The notes under the pieces were generated by a model. It did no database searches. It had not been told where the DNA came from and worked only from the letters and a program-made list of their open reading frames with translations. A stretch of 64,000 nt of DNA from Felis catus (taxonomy: Eukaryota), in NCBI RefSeq assembly GCF_018350175.1, contig NC_058380.1:91946001-92010000 (forward strand). The letters are read 5' to 3'. Shown here piece by piece: positions 23,145 to 36,206 of this stretch (within the stretch, counting starts at the first letter, position 1; each line of letters opens with the position of its first letter). A program made the position numbers and the translations under genes.

Positions 23145-26100
23145 ATGAAGTGTCTCCCGCTCGCCCTGGGCCTGGCCCTCGTGTGTGGCCTCCAGGCCGC
23201 CACCGTCCCCCTGACCATGGACGGCCTAGACCTGCAGAAGGTCTGAGGACGGCTGGGGGAGGGGGCGGTGAGCTGCAGGGTGGGCGGGAGACGGGGCCTC
23301 GGCCGGCTGAAGAGTGTGGGTGGAAGCCAGGACCCTGGGAGCCCCCCCCCCCTGCACCCTGTCCTCAGGGCGGCTTTCCTTCGCTTGCCCAAGGTCCAGA
23401 TGGTTCCACGGAACTTGCACAACCTGTCCTTTAAGGCCACCTGGGAACCTAAGATGTCATTTCAAGTGTGGGGGCTCCCAGAGGGGCGTCTGGTCGGTGG
23501 CGGGGGGGTCGCCCAGAGCTCACTGGCTACCACCCCACTTAGACCGGGCCCCCGGCCGGGGTGGGAGGGAGAGCGCGCTGTGGGGCCGGGGCCGCCTCCC
23601 CGCCCCCGATGGCAGCTCAGGCCCCCTCCCCAGGTGGCTGGGACGTGGCACTCCATGGCCATGGCAGCCAGCGACATCTCCCTCCTGGACTCGGAGACCG
23701 CCCCTCTGAGAGTGTACATCCAGGAGCTGAGACCCACGCCCCGGGACAACCTGGAGATCATTCTGCGCAAATGGTGGGTGACCGAGGCCCCCGGGCTGGG
23801 GGCCGGCGAGGGCCTGGGCCCAGGGCGGGCAGGCGGGCGGGCGGGCAGGGTCCTGACAGGAGCTGGCTCCGTGGGGGTGGTCCCCGGTGACGTCAGAGGC
23901 CCAGCCTATGGCTCCGGGCCGACGGGCCGACCACACAGGGCAGCCGCAGGTCAGTGCGCAGAGAGGCCCGCGTGGAGGCCGGCCGGTCAGCTGGGGGTGC
24001 TGGGGCCCTGGGGGCCTGGGCGGTTCCTGCCACGAGCCCTGTCCGCCCTGGAGAGGTTGTGGGGGTACCAGAGAGAGCTGGGTCAGTGTGGGGGGCAGAG
24101 AGGAGGACACAAACCCCACAATTGTCTGCTGACTGCTGGGGCGAGGGCGCTCCCACCCCCGCTCCCTCTGGCTCCCTCCGCCCTCTCATGGGGTGGCCCT
24201 GTCCCACCGGGTCACCTGCCGAGTGCCGCCCAGGCCTCCCAGAGCCGGGCTTCTGCTCCCCACCCGCAGCTCGGCTCTGTCACGGGAAGGTCTGTGCAGG
24301 CGGCCCGCAGACACGGCCTTCTTTCAGGGAGCATGGCAGGTGTGTGCAGAAGAAGGTCTGGGCAGAAAAAACGGAGCTCCCTGCTGAGTTCAAGATCAGC
24401 TGTAAGTGCCGGGCCCCCGGCCCACCCTGGACACCCCCGCTGGCGGCTCCCGGGCAGCACGGCGGGGTCCGTGCTCCGGCCCCAGGGTGCTGACAAGAGC
24501 GACACGGTCCTCAGTGCCAGCTCTCACTGCCCTTCCCGCCTTCAGGGCCGTGGGCAGGTCCCTTCTGGCCCTCCCTGACCCCCACGGCCATGAGACCCAG
24601 CTCGCTGTCTGTGGGCCGGGCCTGGGAGGCACCCGCACCCGGCTGTCCTCTGCACCGCCTCCCAGGCCGCCTGCACCAGGACATCTCCTGCTTCCCACGG
24701 GTCAGGGCGCCCCATGACGCCCGGCCTGCCCCCTGGTTCCTGCACTCCTAGACCCCCGTTGGGTCATTCCCTCCCGTGCTCGCTCCCGCATTCCTCACCA
24801 GGTCCAGAATGAGAAGGCCCCGTGGGAGGGGCCGCTTCCTCCACGGCCGTCCCCAGCGGGCAGCCTGGGCTGCGTCCCACTTTGCCCCCCCTAGGCCAGC
24901 CCTCCAGCCTGGCTTCGTGCGACGGCTGCCGACCGGCCCCAGGGGCTCCAGCACAGAGCTGCGTGGGTGGGGGTGTGGCACCGAGCTGTGCAGCTGGCAG
25001 TCCCCACGGCCGCCGAGGGCCACCGTCACCTCCGGCCCATACTCACCCCCACCCCCCGTTTCCATGCATCCCACGGCTCCGCCCTTCTTCTCCGAGGTGC
25101 CCATTCATTCAAGATCAGTGTGGAACCCCGCTTCTTAACCTCTCTGGGCCCCAGGACACGGGGGTGGGGGGTCCGGGGTTGAGTGCTGAGTGAGCCCATC
25201 TAGCAGGAGGCACGGCATTTCTGGCGGGGGGTCCACAGTTAACAGCCAGGGCCTCGCAGCCCCCTGTGCCTTGTGGGGGTGCAGGAGAAGCCCCCCACCC
25301 CGGCCTTGCCATGGGGCCGCCCTGAGGAGACCCATGCTCTCCCTCCTGTGGAGGGAAGACCCGGGACTCTCTCTCCCCAGATCTGGATGAGAACGAGCTC
25401 ATCGTGCTGGACACCGACTACGAGAACTACCTGTTCTTCTGCCTGGAGAACACCGACGCCCCCGGGCAGAACCTCGTGTGCCAGTGCCTGAGTACGTCAC
25501 TGAGCAGGCCCGGCGTCCCTCTGCGGGGCGGGGGGCTGAGGACCCCCGGTGGGGGCCAAGTCCCCTGACATTGCCTCGGGAATCGGGGATCCAGGATCCA
25601 GGCTGAGGGGCTGGGCTTAGTGTTCCTGCCTCGGCCCGAGGATGACTGCTAAGTAGAAGCTTTGCTTGGGGGTGATGTTCCACAAAAGCACCATTAAACC
25701 TGTCACGTTCTGAACGGAACGCAAGCCGGTAAGATCTGGTAGCAGGAGGCTGAGACGCGGCCGCTTTGCCTGAATGAAGCGCTTTGTGTACGGTTAGAGA
25801 CGCGTTCTTGGCCAGCACATCAGCCCTGCGGGCGAGCCCCAGCCGCCCGGGGACGTGGGTCCTGGCCTCGTGTCCCTGCAGGGCCCCCGGCGCTGTCCTG
25901 GGAGGGCGGGGCGGGGACCCTGGAGGACACAGGGGCTGAGCCCGGAGGCCACCCCGGGGGCTGACCTCAGGACGCCAGTGTGTGCTTCCTGCTCTGGCTC
26001 CCTGGACGGGGCTCCCCGAGGCCGTCAAAGCCCCGCGGCCCAGGGACTGACCCACTGCCCCCCACAGCCAGGACCCTGAAGGCCGACAACGAGGTCATGG

Positions 26101-26416
26101 AGAAATTCGACAGAGCCCTCCAGACTCTGCCCGTGGACGTCCGCCTCTTCTTTGACCCGACCCAGGTGGCAGGTGACCGCCTCCACACCCCGCGTCCCTG
26201 CTGTCACCCTGCGTGCGGCTCACCCGTCGGACAGCCATGAGCCCGGGGCGCGTCCGTCTCCCACGGTGGCCCCCATTCCCCGGGCCCCCGGGGGAGGGGG
26301 TGCAGAGCCCCTGGGGTGGGGTCCCCCTCCCACCCCTCTGGGCCCAGGGCTGCCCCGGCGACCTGTGACCTCTCCCCCTGGCTCTCTCTCCTCCCGCAGA
26401 GCAGTGCCGCGTCTAG
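23145..26416 (+). CDS. LGB3: Beta-lactoglobulin III precursor, 180 aa
   Basis: Exons 23145-23240, 23634-23773, 24328-24401, 25381-25491, 26068-26172, 26400-26416 (543 bp, all GT-AG). [180 protein letters not shown]. Confidence 0.93.
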
Positions 26417-26963
26417 GTAGGTGAGCTCCTGCCCGACCCACCTCCTGGGGTAACGTAACAGCCCTGCCCCCACGTCCTGGGCACGTGCACGGGTGGGGGG
26501 CATCCCGGGGGACCCCCAGCTCCCCTCTGTCGGGCCCTGGCCCCTCTGCGGGAATGGCTGGAACCCGGCGTCTCTCCTGCTGACCGCGGGGGCCGGGCTG
26601 GCTGTGTGTCCACTCTCTCGAATGGCCTTTGTGGGATGGCGTTCCTGTGTCCCGGTCGAGCCCCCACGCGGACGTCCCCATGGGCTCTTCTGGGCAAGGG
26701 CGTGGGGTGACCAGCACTCAGCCTGAGGTGGAGAGGCCGTCCCTCACCCCCAGGCTGGGAGGGGCCGGCGAGGGTCTGACAGGCTCCCCAGGAATCACAG
26801 GGGAGCCCTGGTCCGTTTCAGGGCCCAGAGAGGATGACACCCCTTCCAGCCCCGTCGGGGGGACTCAGGAGGGACCAGACCTGCCGGACCTGTTCGTCCA
26901 GCCCCTAGGCTCCTGGGGGGGAGCCAGCCTGGGGTCTCCTGCTCTGAGCCCCTCCCCTCCAGC

Positions 26964-26977
26964 AATAAAGAAATAAA
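26964..26977 (+). terminator. Tandem polyadenylation signals of BLG-III (exon 7 from 26822)
   Basis: AATAAAgaAATAAA, same arrangement as in BLG-II. Confidence 0.85.
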
Positions 26978-27639
26978 GCAGGGAACAGTCTGCTTGGGTC
27001 TTTCCTGGCCTTGTGTGTCTGGGGATGAGTGGGGATGGCGGGGGGTGAGGCGCAGGCCGGGGCGGGGTTCGGGCTTCTGCACCTGAACAGCCCATCACAT
27101 TTGGGGACCAGCACACATGATGGGGGGCTCTTTTCAACCTGAAGAAGGAGATAAGAGGGCACAGGGGCAGCCTGCCAGTTCATACTGTGGGGCAGCACCC
27201 AAACTCCACAAACGACAAGAAATGAAAACTCGCTGGTCATGTCACCTAGTCAACATTGACAGAAAACCGTAAGTTACTTTCCGATCCAATTCCATGCTCT
27301 CTGCAAAATGCGGCCCGTGACCCTCCAGGTCGTCTTTCAGGAACTTGAGCACATCGCTACCACCGGGAAGTCCTGGGGCTTCAAGCGTCACGTGCCTGTG
27401 AGTGTGTGGCTCTGCCCTGGATGATACGACAGAGATTTCCCCCGGGTCGTGGTCTGGGCGAAGGCAGCAGAGGTGGAAAGAAACTTGTTTTCCACTGACT
27501 TTAACGTACAGAGCCACAGAAACAGGGATTTTCAAATAACAAAGTTTACATATGACAATATATACACATGTTTATATATGTGCCCAGTTATATATAAATG
27601 TTATATGTACATGACAATTTATGTATGATATTAAGTTTT

Positions 27640-27865
27640 CATTTATTTATTTATTTATTATTATTTTTAATGTTTATTTTTAGACAGAGAGAGACACAGA
27701 GTGAACAGGGGAGGGTCGGAGAGAGGGAGACACAGAATCCAAAGCAGGCTCCCGGCTCCGAGCTGTCAGCCCAGAGCCTGACGCGGGGCTCAAACCCACG
27801 AACCGCGAGATCACGAACTGAGCTGAAGTCGGGACACTTAACCGACTGAGCCACCCAGGCGCCCC
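27640..27865 (-). mobile_element. Can-SINE (felid type)
   Basis: Full antisense body; TSD ttaagtttt at 27631 and 27866. Confidence 0.92.
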
Positions 27866-27964
27866 TTAAGTTTTTAAAATATAGATGGAACGGAACATTT
27901 CTAGAAAAAGATCGATTACCAATATTGGCTAAAAGGAAAACTTGAACAAAATTTGTAAAAAATG

Positions 27965-28608
27965 TTTAATTGAGGAACAGTTGACATAATGCTATTAGGT
28001 TCAGGGGTACGCTGTCGTGATTCAGCAGCTGTACCCTACAGAATGCTCACCACCTGTCACGGCACAGGGTTGTTACAGGATTATGGGATGTATTACCTGT
28101 ACTTCCCATCCCGTGACTTATTTATTTTATAACCGGAAGTTGGCACAGCTCAACCCCCTTCCCCTCTTCTGCCCAACTCCCTCCCGCCTCCCCCTCTCTG
28201 GGAACCACCAGTTTGTTCTCTGTATTTATGCCTTCGTGTTTTGCTTCGCGGTTTGTTTCTTCATTTGTTTTGTTTTTTAGATTCCACATATGAGTGAAAT
28301 CAAATGGTGCTTGTCTTTCTCTGTCTTTCAGTTATCATAATACACTCTAGGTCCATCCACGTTGTCACGAGTGGCAAGATTTCACTCTTTTTATGGCTAG
28401 GTACTATTCCATTGCATACACACCCATCTTCTTCATCCGTTCGTCTATGGAGGACATTTGGGCGGCTGCCGTATCTTGGCCATCGTAAATGGTGCTGCCG
28501 TGATCGTGGGGTACGTGTATCTTTTGGAATTAGTGTTTTCATTTTCTTCAGATAAGTACCCACAAGTGGAATTTCTGGGTTGCATGACATCTCTATGTTT
28601 AATTTTTA
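27965..28608 (-). mobile_element. L1 3' end (carnivore L1)
   Basis: Minus-strand ORF remnants PEIPLVGTYLKKMKTLI and ILPLVTTWMDLE. Confidence 0.85.
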
Positions 28609-29017
28609 CCGAGAAAACTTTAAAAGAACAATAACTATAGAAAATAAGAAACAGTTCCAGATCTTCCGAACGTATGGGTGAGAACCAGCACGCTGCCATC
28701 AGATGGCTCCTGGATCACGCAGTCGTTCCAGGGTGTAGACACAGATGGGTGGGAAATTGCTGGATTCTCCTATAACAGAGCTGGGGGACGAGGGCACAAG
28801 AGAAAAAAGGAGAGGACAACCATCCTTTTGCAACAAAGACAAATGTCTGAATAATTTATTAGCAGGCTGAATCCAACAATGAATTCAATACATCATGATT
28901 TAACCCAGACAGTGAAGGACATTTCCATATTAGGAAATATCAAAAACTCACTGGCTGAGAGATTAAGGGTGACATGTGCATATAAGCACTTTTAATTGAT
29001 TTTTTAAAATATATTTC

Positions 29018-29236
29018 GGGACGCCTGGGGGGCTCAGTCGGTTGAGCGTCCGACTTCAGCTTAGGTCATGATCTCTGGGTTCGTGAGTTTGAGCCCCGTG
29101 TAGGGCTCTGTGCTGACAGCTCGGAGCCTGGAGCTGCTTCCGATTCTGTGTCTCCCTCTCTCTCTGCCCCTCACCTGCTCGTGCTTTCTCTCTTTGTCCC
29201 GAAAATAAACATTAAAATATATATATATACATATTT
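29018..29236 (+). mobile_element. Can-SINE (felid type)
   Basis: Full body; flanking repeat atatttc. Confidence 0.92.
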
Positions 29237-30044
29237 CAAAAATATCATACCCTGTCATGAGGCAAAGTTCTCACATATCAAGAGAGTCATTCAACAGAAG
29301 CTGGTTTATGCTGCATTAACAAATGAACTTAAAATCTCAGTGGCTGAAAACATCAGATTTATTGATTGTTTACGTGCAATTCCCGTCACAGGTTAGCAGG
29401 GATATTGCACCTCAGGGCCACTCAAGGATCCAGGTGATCAAACAGCCACCCCCAGGAGGTTGCTGGTCACCACGCTACAGGGAAAACACAGACACCCACA
29501 GGGCCCCAAACCGTTGTTCAGTGCTCCACCCTGAAAGGCACACACATCCCACCCGGCACCCCCTCCCCCCCTCCCCCACCCATTGGCCAGAAGTCACTCA
29601 ACGAGGAAGCCAAAAATGCAACCCTTAACATCCCTAAACGGATCATTAACAAAACAAAATGAAACAAAACAGACAAAACCAAAAAAAAGTAAGCAGCTGA
29701 CATCATTCTTAATGGTGAGAGACTAACTGCTTCCCTCTAAGATTGACAGCAAAGTAAGGTCGGCCTCTGCCAGTTTTCCTCTTCAACATCATGCTGAATG
29801 TCTTAGCGCAGTAAGACAATCATAAGAAAGGAAAAGCATAAACACTGGCAAGGAAACATCTAGCATGACTGACAAAGCGCGAAGGAGAGAAGATACAAAT
29901 TTTAACTCAGGAATGAAAGAAGGGATATCATCACAGCCACTGCAGGAATCAAAGGGTAATAAGGCAATACTATGAATGCTTCTGTATACACACATTTGAC
30001 AACTTAGATGCAATGGACCAGTTCCTTGAAAAATACAGACTACC

Positions 30045-30675
30045 CAGGAATGCAAGCTGGGGCAGCCGCTCTGGAAAACAGTCTGGAGGTTCCTCAAAAA
30101 ACTAAAAATAGAACTACCCTATGACCCAGAAATTGCCCTACTAGGTATTTACCCAAGGGATACAGGTGTGCTGTTTCGAAGGGACACATGCACCCCCATG
30201 TTTATAGCAGCATTATCGATAATAGCCAAAGTATGGAAAGAGCCCAAATGTCCATCGATGGATGAATGAGTAAAGAAGATGTGGTCTATAGATACAATGG
30301 AGCATCACTTGGCATTCAAAAAGAATGAAATCTTGTCATTTGCAACTACATGGGAGGAACTAGAGGGTATGTGCTAAGTGAAATTAGAGAAAGACAAAAA
30401 TCATATGACTTCACTCATATGAGGACTTTAAGAGACGAAACAGATGAGTATAAGGGAAGGGAAGCAAAAATCATATAAAAACAGGGAGGGGGACAAAACA
30501 AGAGACTCATAAATATGGAGAACAAACTGAGGGTTACAGGAGGGGTTGTGGGAGGGGGGATGGGCTAAATGGGTCAGGGGCACTAAGGAATCTACTCCTG
30601 AAATCACTGTTGCACTATATGCTAACTAATTTGGATGTAAAATTTAAAGAATAAAAAATAAAATAAAATAAAAAA
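30045..30675 (+). mobile_element. 5'-truncated younger L1 3' end nested in the old L1
   Basis: ORF2 C-terminal sequence and A-rich tail; TSD aaaataca(g/a)actacc at 30030-30044 and 30676-30690. Confidence 0.88.
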
Positions 30676-31671
30676 AAAATACAAACTACCGCAACTCATC
30701 CAATAGGAACTAGATAATTTGAATAGCCCTACACCTATTGAGAAAATTAAATTCCTGATTTTAAAATTCTACAAAGAGACATTTCCAGGTCCAGGTGATT
30801 TCACAGGAGAATGACACTAAATTTGTAAAGAATTCGTGTGAATGCTACAAAACCTCTTGCAGAAAATAAAAGAGGACAGAACATTTTCCAGTTCATTTTA
30901 TGAAGCTGATATTACTCTGATACCAAAAGCCCACAAAGATTTTTTTTTAAAAAAGGAAAACTACAGCCTAATGTTTCCTATCAATATAGATGCAATTCTT
31001 AACAAAATATTAACAAATGGAATTCAGCAAGGTAAAAAAAAAGAATTATACACCATAAAAAAGTGGGATTTATGCCAGGGATGCAGGGCTCCTTCAGCAC
31101 TTGAAAACCAATCAGTGTAACCCTCTGTATTAGTAGGCTAACAAGGAAAAATTATATGGTCACATCAATCAACATAGAAAAAGCATCTGACAAAATTCGG
31201 CATTCCTTCACGATTTATTTTAAAAACTCAGAAACGTAGGAACAGAGGGAGCTTCTTCAACTTGATCAAGGCATCTACATAAAACTTAGAAACGTGGTAC
31301 TTACCGGGCAATGATGAAGACTCTCATCAATGATGAATGGATGGTGAATACTTAGGAACGTGGCAAGGACACCTGCTCCCAACTCTTACTCATCAGAGCG
31401 CAGGAAGCTCTAGCCAGGGCAAGAAGTCAAGAAAAGGTAATAAAAGACATACAGATCTTAAAGGAAGAAACGAAAGTATCTCTATTTGCAGATGACACAA
31501 TTATTTATGTAGAAAATCTTAAGGAATCAACGAAAACAAAAAGAAAATCTCCTAGAATTAATGAGATCACCAATGTGGCCGGATACAAGATAAACATACA
31601 AAAATCAATCACATTTCTACATACTAGCAATGCACATATGGACACGGAAATAAAAAACCAGCACCATTTGT

Positions 31672-31851
31672 AGGCGCCTGGGTGGCTCAGTTGGTTGAGC
31701 GTCTGACTCTTGATTTCGCCTCAGGTCATGATCCCAGGGTCATGAGATGGAGTCCTGAGTCGGGCTCCACGCTAAGCATGGAGCTTGCTTAAGATTCTTT
31801 TCTCTCTCCCCACCTCTGCCCTTCTACCCTGCTCATGGTCTGTCTCTCAAA

Positions 31852-31898
<47 letters not shown>

Positions 31899-31908
31899 TA
31901 TATATATA
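31672..31908 (+). mobile_element. Can-SINE with (TA)n microsatellite tail
   Basis: SINE head ggcgcctgggtggctcag; (TA)n at ~31857-31908. Confidence 0.9.
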
Positions 31909-32729
31909 GCACACCATTTATAATCACTCCCAAAAAAGTGGAACACTTCAATGTAAATCTAATGAGACATATACAGAATCTGTATGTTGGAAACTATGCA
32001 ATCTTGCTAAAGGAAACCAAGGAAGATCCAAATAAGCAGACTTACTGTGTTTATGAGTTGAAAGGCTCAACATAGCAGAGATGTCAATTCTCCTCAAGTT
32101 GATATACATTTTTTAGTACCATTCCTATCAAAATCCTAGCAGGGTGTTTTGTAGACATAGTTAAGATTATTCTAAGATACATATGGGAAGGCAAAGTACT
32201 AGAGCATCTAAAATAACTTAGAAAAAATAATAAAATGGAAACAGTCTGTCAAATTTTAAATCTTATGATACAACTCAAACAATCAAGACTGTGGTATTTG
32301 CAGAGGCACAGACCCACAGATCAGTAGAACAGAGCAAAGAACCCAGAAATAGATTCGCACAAATACACCCAACTGACCTTGCTGTCTGGAGATATTTTAA
32401 AACTCCAGTTTTTAAAATCCAGAGTGGGGCATCCCTAAAACCATGCTAAACCCTTCCTAATTTGTGATCAAGCCCAGGCAAGGCTCCCAGCACACAGTGG
32501 CCTCTGCTTGTCTCATTCTCCACAGGTTCCTCCTAGGAAGGAGCCTTTTTTCCCTCTAAATCACAGCCCAGCTCTGCTCGACTAGCCGGGGGGCACCTTG
32601 GAGATTCTGCTACTGCCCACTTTCCGCCTAATTGTCAGCTGCTCCCTTAGAAACCCTTCAGCTGAGCTGCCTGGTCGGGAGTTGGGTGGGGAGCTGTGAC
32701 AACGGGACACCTGTTCCACTCCAGTAGGA

Positions 32730-33306
32730 TGTGGAGATATTGGGGTTCAGAGCAAACAGTCGCGAAACCCTGTGCGACAAAAAGTCTCATGAAAGAATTC
32801 TTGAGACATCTTTGGTGCTTTATTAAAGCACGCGGACAGGTCCGTGGGCAGGAGGAGCTGTGAGAAGCGACTGCTTACCCACCGCCAAGTCGGGAGGGGG
32901 CTGGGGACAGCACAGGCCTCCAAGGAATTTGGGAGCAAGGTTTCCAGGGCCCCGAGAGGGCTCACTATTGTTGGGAAAAGGTCACGTATTACCGTATTAC
33001 CGTTTAGCAAACCCTCAGTCATGAGACCTTTCAGATGCGTATCAGGGGACTTTACGCTTGGAGTCTGATTGCTACCTTGTATCTTGGGGGGTAGAGGTGA
33101 AGGACGTTTCCGAAGGGATTTTTACGCGATAAGGGACACTTACAGGATCCCAGAGGTCGGGATGAGGTCAAGCTAAGATCGCCTTTTGCCCTTAGCGAAG
33201 TGTCATCATCGAGGCAGCTGGGCTCCCAGAGGGCGGTGACTCTGCCTGTCCCAGGGACTTGTCCAGGGGCTGGACGCAGTGAGGAAATTTAAGGTTTCCC
33301 ACATCA
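32730..33306 (-). mobile_element. Probable carnivore ERV solo LTR
   Basis: TG...CA termini (tgtggaga...acatca) and antisense AATAAA at 32819-32824. Resembles common carnivore LTRs (recall). TSD not clear. Confidence 0.6.
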
Positions 33307-36206
33307 CAGAACACCAGTCCCCACGACCCACACTCCCATAGACAGCCCTGTCGTGGTCCTTTCCGTGGCCCGTCCCTATCTTTTAAAAAATTGAAGTCTG
33401 TTTCCCGCCTTAAGCGCCAAGCTCGGGAGCAGCCCAGGGCTGTGTCTTCCGGGGCCTCAGGGGGCATGTGGCTCCGGGACCTCACGGGTGGAGTCACCAG
33501 CCACACTGATGACAGATCGGCTTCCAGGGTTTCACGATCTGGTGTCGCCGCAGAGGGATGCCTCGCCCTCTCTGTTACCCTAACGCAAGAAGGAAATCAG
33601 TGACTTACCAGAAGCATCGGCAGGACTGGAGCTGAAGCGCGCACAGAATGAGTAGTTTCAAACCCAAGGGGAAAGTGTCAGCTCACTGCTAAGCAAGACA
33701 TCTCGTGGGTTTCCTCACTTCGAAATCGGAAAGATTGAACTCAAATGCAGAGACTTGCTCCCACAGAAGGAAAAGATACTGGTGGTTCCATGGGGACGGG
33801 CGTTGATGTCCCCAGGATGGCCACTTGGTGGCACCCGAGCCCTCTTAGTGCGTAAACACACCCTGGGCCGAGCTGTACAGAGACTGGCGGGACACTCTAC
33901 CCGAGTGGCTCAAACGTCCTGCGGCACCTTAACTCGGGAAACTCTAGGCCACCCTCGAACCCTCCCGTAAGCAGCCACTTTGGACTATCACTCTCATTAG
34001 ACTCCTTCGGTGGCTCCCACAGCGTGGGCTTGATCTCCAGTCTGCCAGGATGTGTCAGCCACGCGTTTAAGCCAACCAGGGCTTTCTGGGTTAGCCTCCG
34101 ACATGGCCGTGACGGTCCCGGGGCCACCAAGGCCAGGCGTGCACGGTGACCATCGTGTGTGAGCACAGAATCACCTGCCCAGGTGCCTGCCGTCCTGTCC
34201 AGCACGGCCGTCCTGTCCCCAAGACCCACCCCAGGATGCACACCCTACACCCCTCCCAGGGCAGAGGAAGGCCCAGAGGAGCTGTGGGCTGTCACCTGAG
34301 ATCCCAGGGCCCAGCCGGGGTTGCCCGCAGGGACACTCCTTTGGTGAAGGCACGAGTGAGCTCTCTGTGGTCAGGAGCTGGTGGTCTCGCTGTGTCTGTG
34401 GGTGATGGCGGGCCCCAGAAAGGCAGGGCCGGGCAGCACCTCCCCCGTCAGACACAGGTGGGCATCATGATGGTAAGAGCAGCTAGGCCTGTCCACGGGG
34501 TGGGGGGCTGACAGTCCTGCGGCTCCCAGGGCAAGAGAGGAGGGGGCGACAGGAAAGGGCAGCCTCGGGGCGGAGTCCGAGCTCACCTCCCCCTCCCCGC
34601 CAGCCTGGCCTTGGGGAGAGTGGGTGACCCCCACAGCCTCATAGCCCAGGAACATCGCCAGAATGTCACCCCGCTTGTGTCCCTCCACCAGCCGCCACCA
34701 CGCAGACAAAATCCACATTATGCACGTGGTCCAGGGGCTCCTGTGACCTGGCCTCGGTGACCTCACGGAGCATCCGCACCTTCAGCAAACGTCCGCGTTC
34801 CCACGGGCCTCTCCTCACTCAGTCGGCCGTCCCCTGCCTGCCTCAGGGGTCTCACCCATGCTGTCCCACCCACCGGAAACTGTTCCCTGCTCCCTTCACC
34901 CAGCCCCACCCCCAGCGCACAGCTTGGCGGCCAACCCTTTCCGACGGACGGGCAGCATGTGACCTGTCACTTGCGTGGCTCTGTGTGGAGCCCCCAGACG
35001 GGAACTAAGTTCCACAAGTCTGTCAACCTCACAGTCTCCATCGCCCTGTGCCCGCGGCTGCCTGCAGGGTGCCGGAGGCCCGCTTGGTGACAGGCTGTGG
35101 CCCGCAGCTGCGCCAGCCCCTTCATGGTCAGGGTTTCTGGGCCGTTCTCCTGTTTCTCCTTCCGATGGACACAATCGCTGTCCTTCAGGCCCTCGTCCGG
35201 CTCCAGAAGCTTCCCGCCTTTGGGGTCTGGGGCTCAGTGGTAAAGCCTGTCTTTGGCTCTGTCACGAGGTCAGACGCTCCGAGGCTGCTTCCGTCGGCCT
35301 GGCTCCGGGCTCCGGGCCCTGGGGTCCAGCTCAGCCTGGGACGTGCTCCCCGCAGGCCTCACACCCGCCCCCCGGCCGCCCGGACCACGGCTCTCCCCCG
35401 GACCCCAGCGCCCGCTTCGGGGGGGGGCGCATTCCAGGACGATTTCTGGGAGCGGGACTCTGGCCCTCCCGTGTGACTGGGAGGTCCTAACCCCCGAAAC
35501 AACTCAATGCCACCTGGGGGTGGAGACCAGGACCGGATCCAAGGGTGGGACCCCAAGTTACGGAAGGAGTTCCCACCCACGTGCTGTATCTGACATCAAA
35601 CCCCTGGAAAACTACAGCTGAAACATCACATCCCCTGCCCCACCAGCCACCTGGCTCAGCCCGGCCGTGTCCCCAGAAAGCCCAGGGTTGACGGGTCTCC
35701 TGGCTTTCCTGCCGCTCCTGGGGCATCCCCTCACAGCCCCGGGATGGGGGTGCCCGTCTGCGTGGCCTCTGCTCTCAGAGGGCGGATGGAAGGGGATCCC
35801 GCAGCCCCACCTGCGAAACCCAGGCCGACCGGTTCCCGTGCCGGCCGTGACCCACATAGGGCCTGACTCCAGCAGGCACAGCTCCCTGAAAGGCTGTTTT
35901 CTTCTTAGAAAAAGCGGGGAGGGCATGAAAGAACCCCACATTGTGGACTGGACTGAGGGGGGTGGCCATCGGACAGCATCCAGCCAGCTGGGTCGTGCAG
36001 CTCAGAGGGTCCCAGGAGAGGGGGGTGGGCGGCCTGGTCCGAGTGGCCATGGGGTTGGAGAGGGGGTCCTGGGTACGAGACATGCTCGTCATGAATAGGA
36101 ACAAACGTTGCCCGGAACTGGTTTCTGGCAGGCGTGCTGAGCGCTGTCCTCAGGGATTATGTGCCTTCCAGCTCACTCCCCACCACACCCCCTGGGACAG
36201 TGGGAG

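Larger units (their letters stand above)
29690..32380 (+). mobile_element. Old degraded L1 ORF2 (RT region) hosting a younger L1 and a SINE
   Basis: ORF remnant ...SSSFYEADITLIPK...ILNKILTNGIQQ; ctatttgcagatgac (FADD motif) near 31481. Confidence 0.85.

Noticed and set aside
23268-24578. 436-aa ORF containing BLG sequence
   Set aside because: It is BLG-III exon 2 read through GC-rich introns; the splice sites define the real exon.
35902-35910. Perfect GAS site TTCTTAGAA upstream of the unnamed lipocalin (also TTCCAGGAA at 63239)
   Set aside because: Isolated TTCN3GAA is expected about once per 4 kb by chance; no supporting cluster or conservation is visible.
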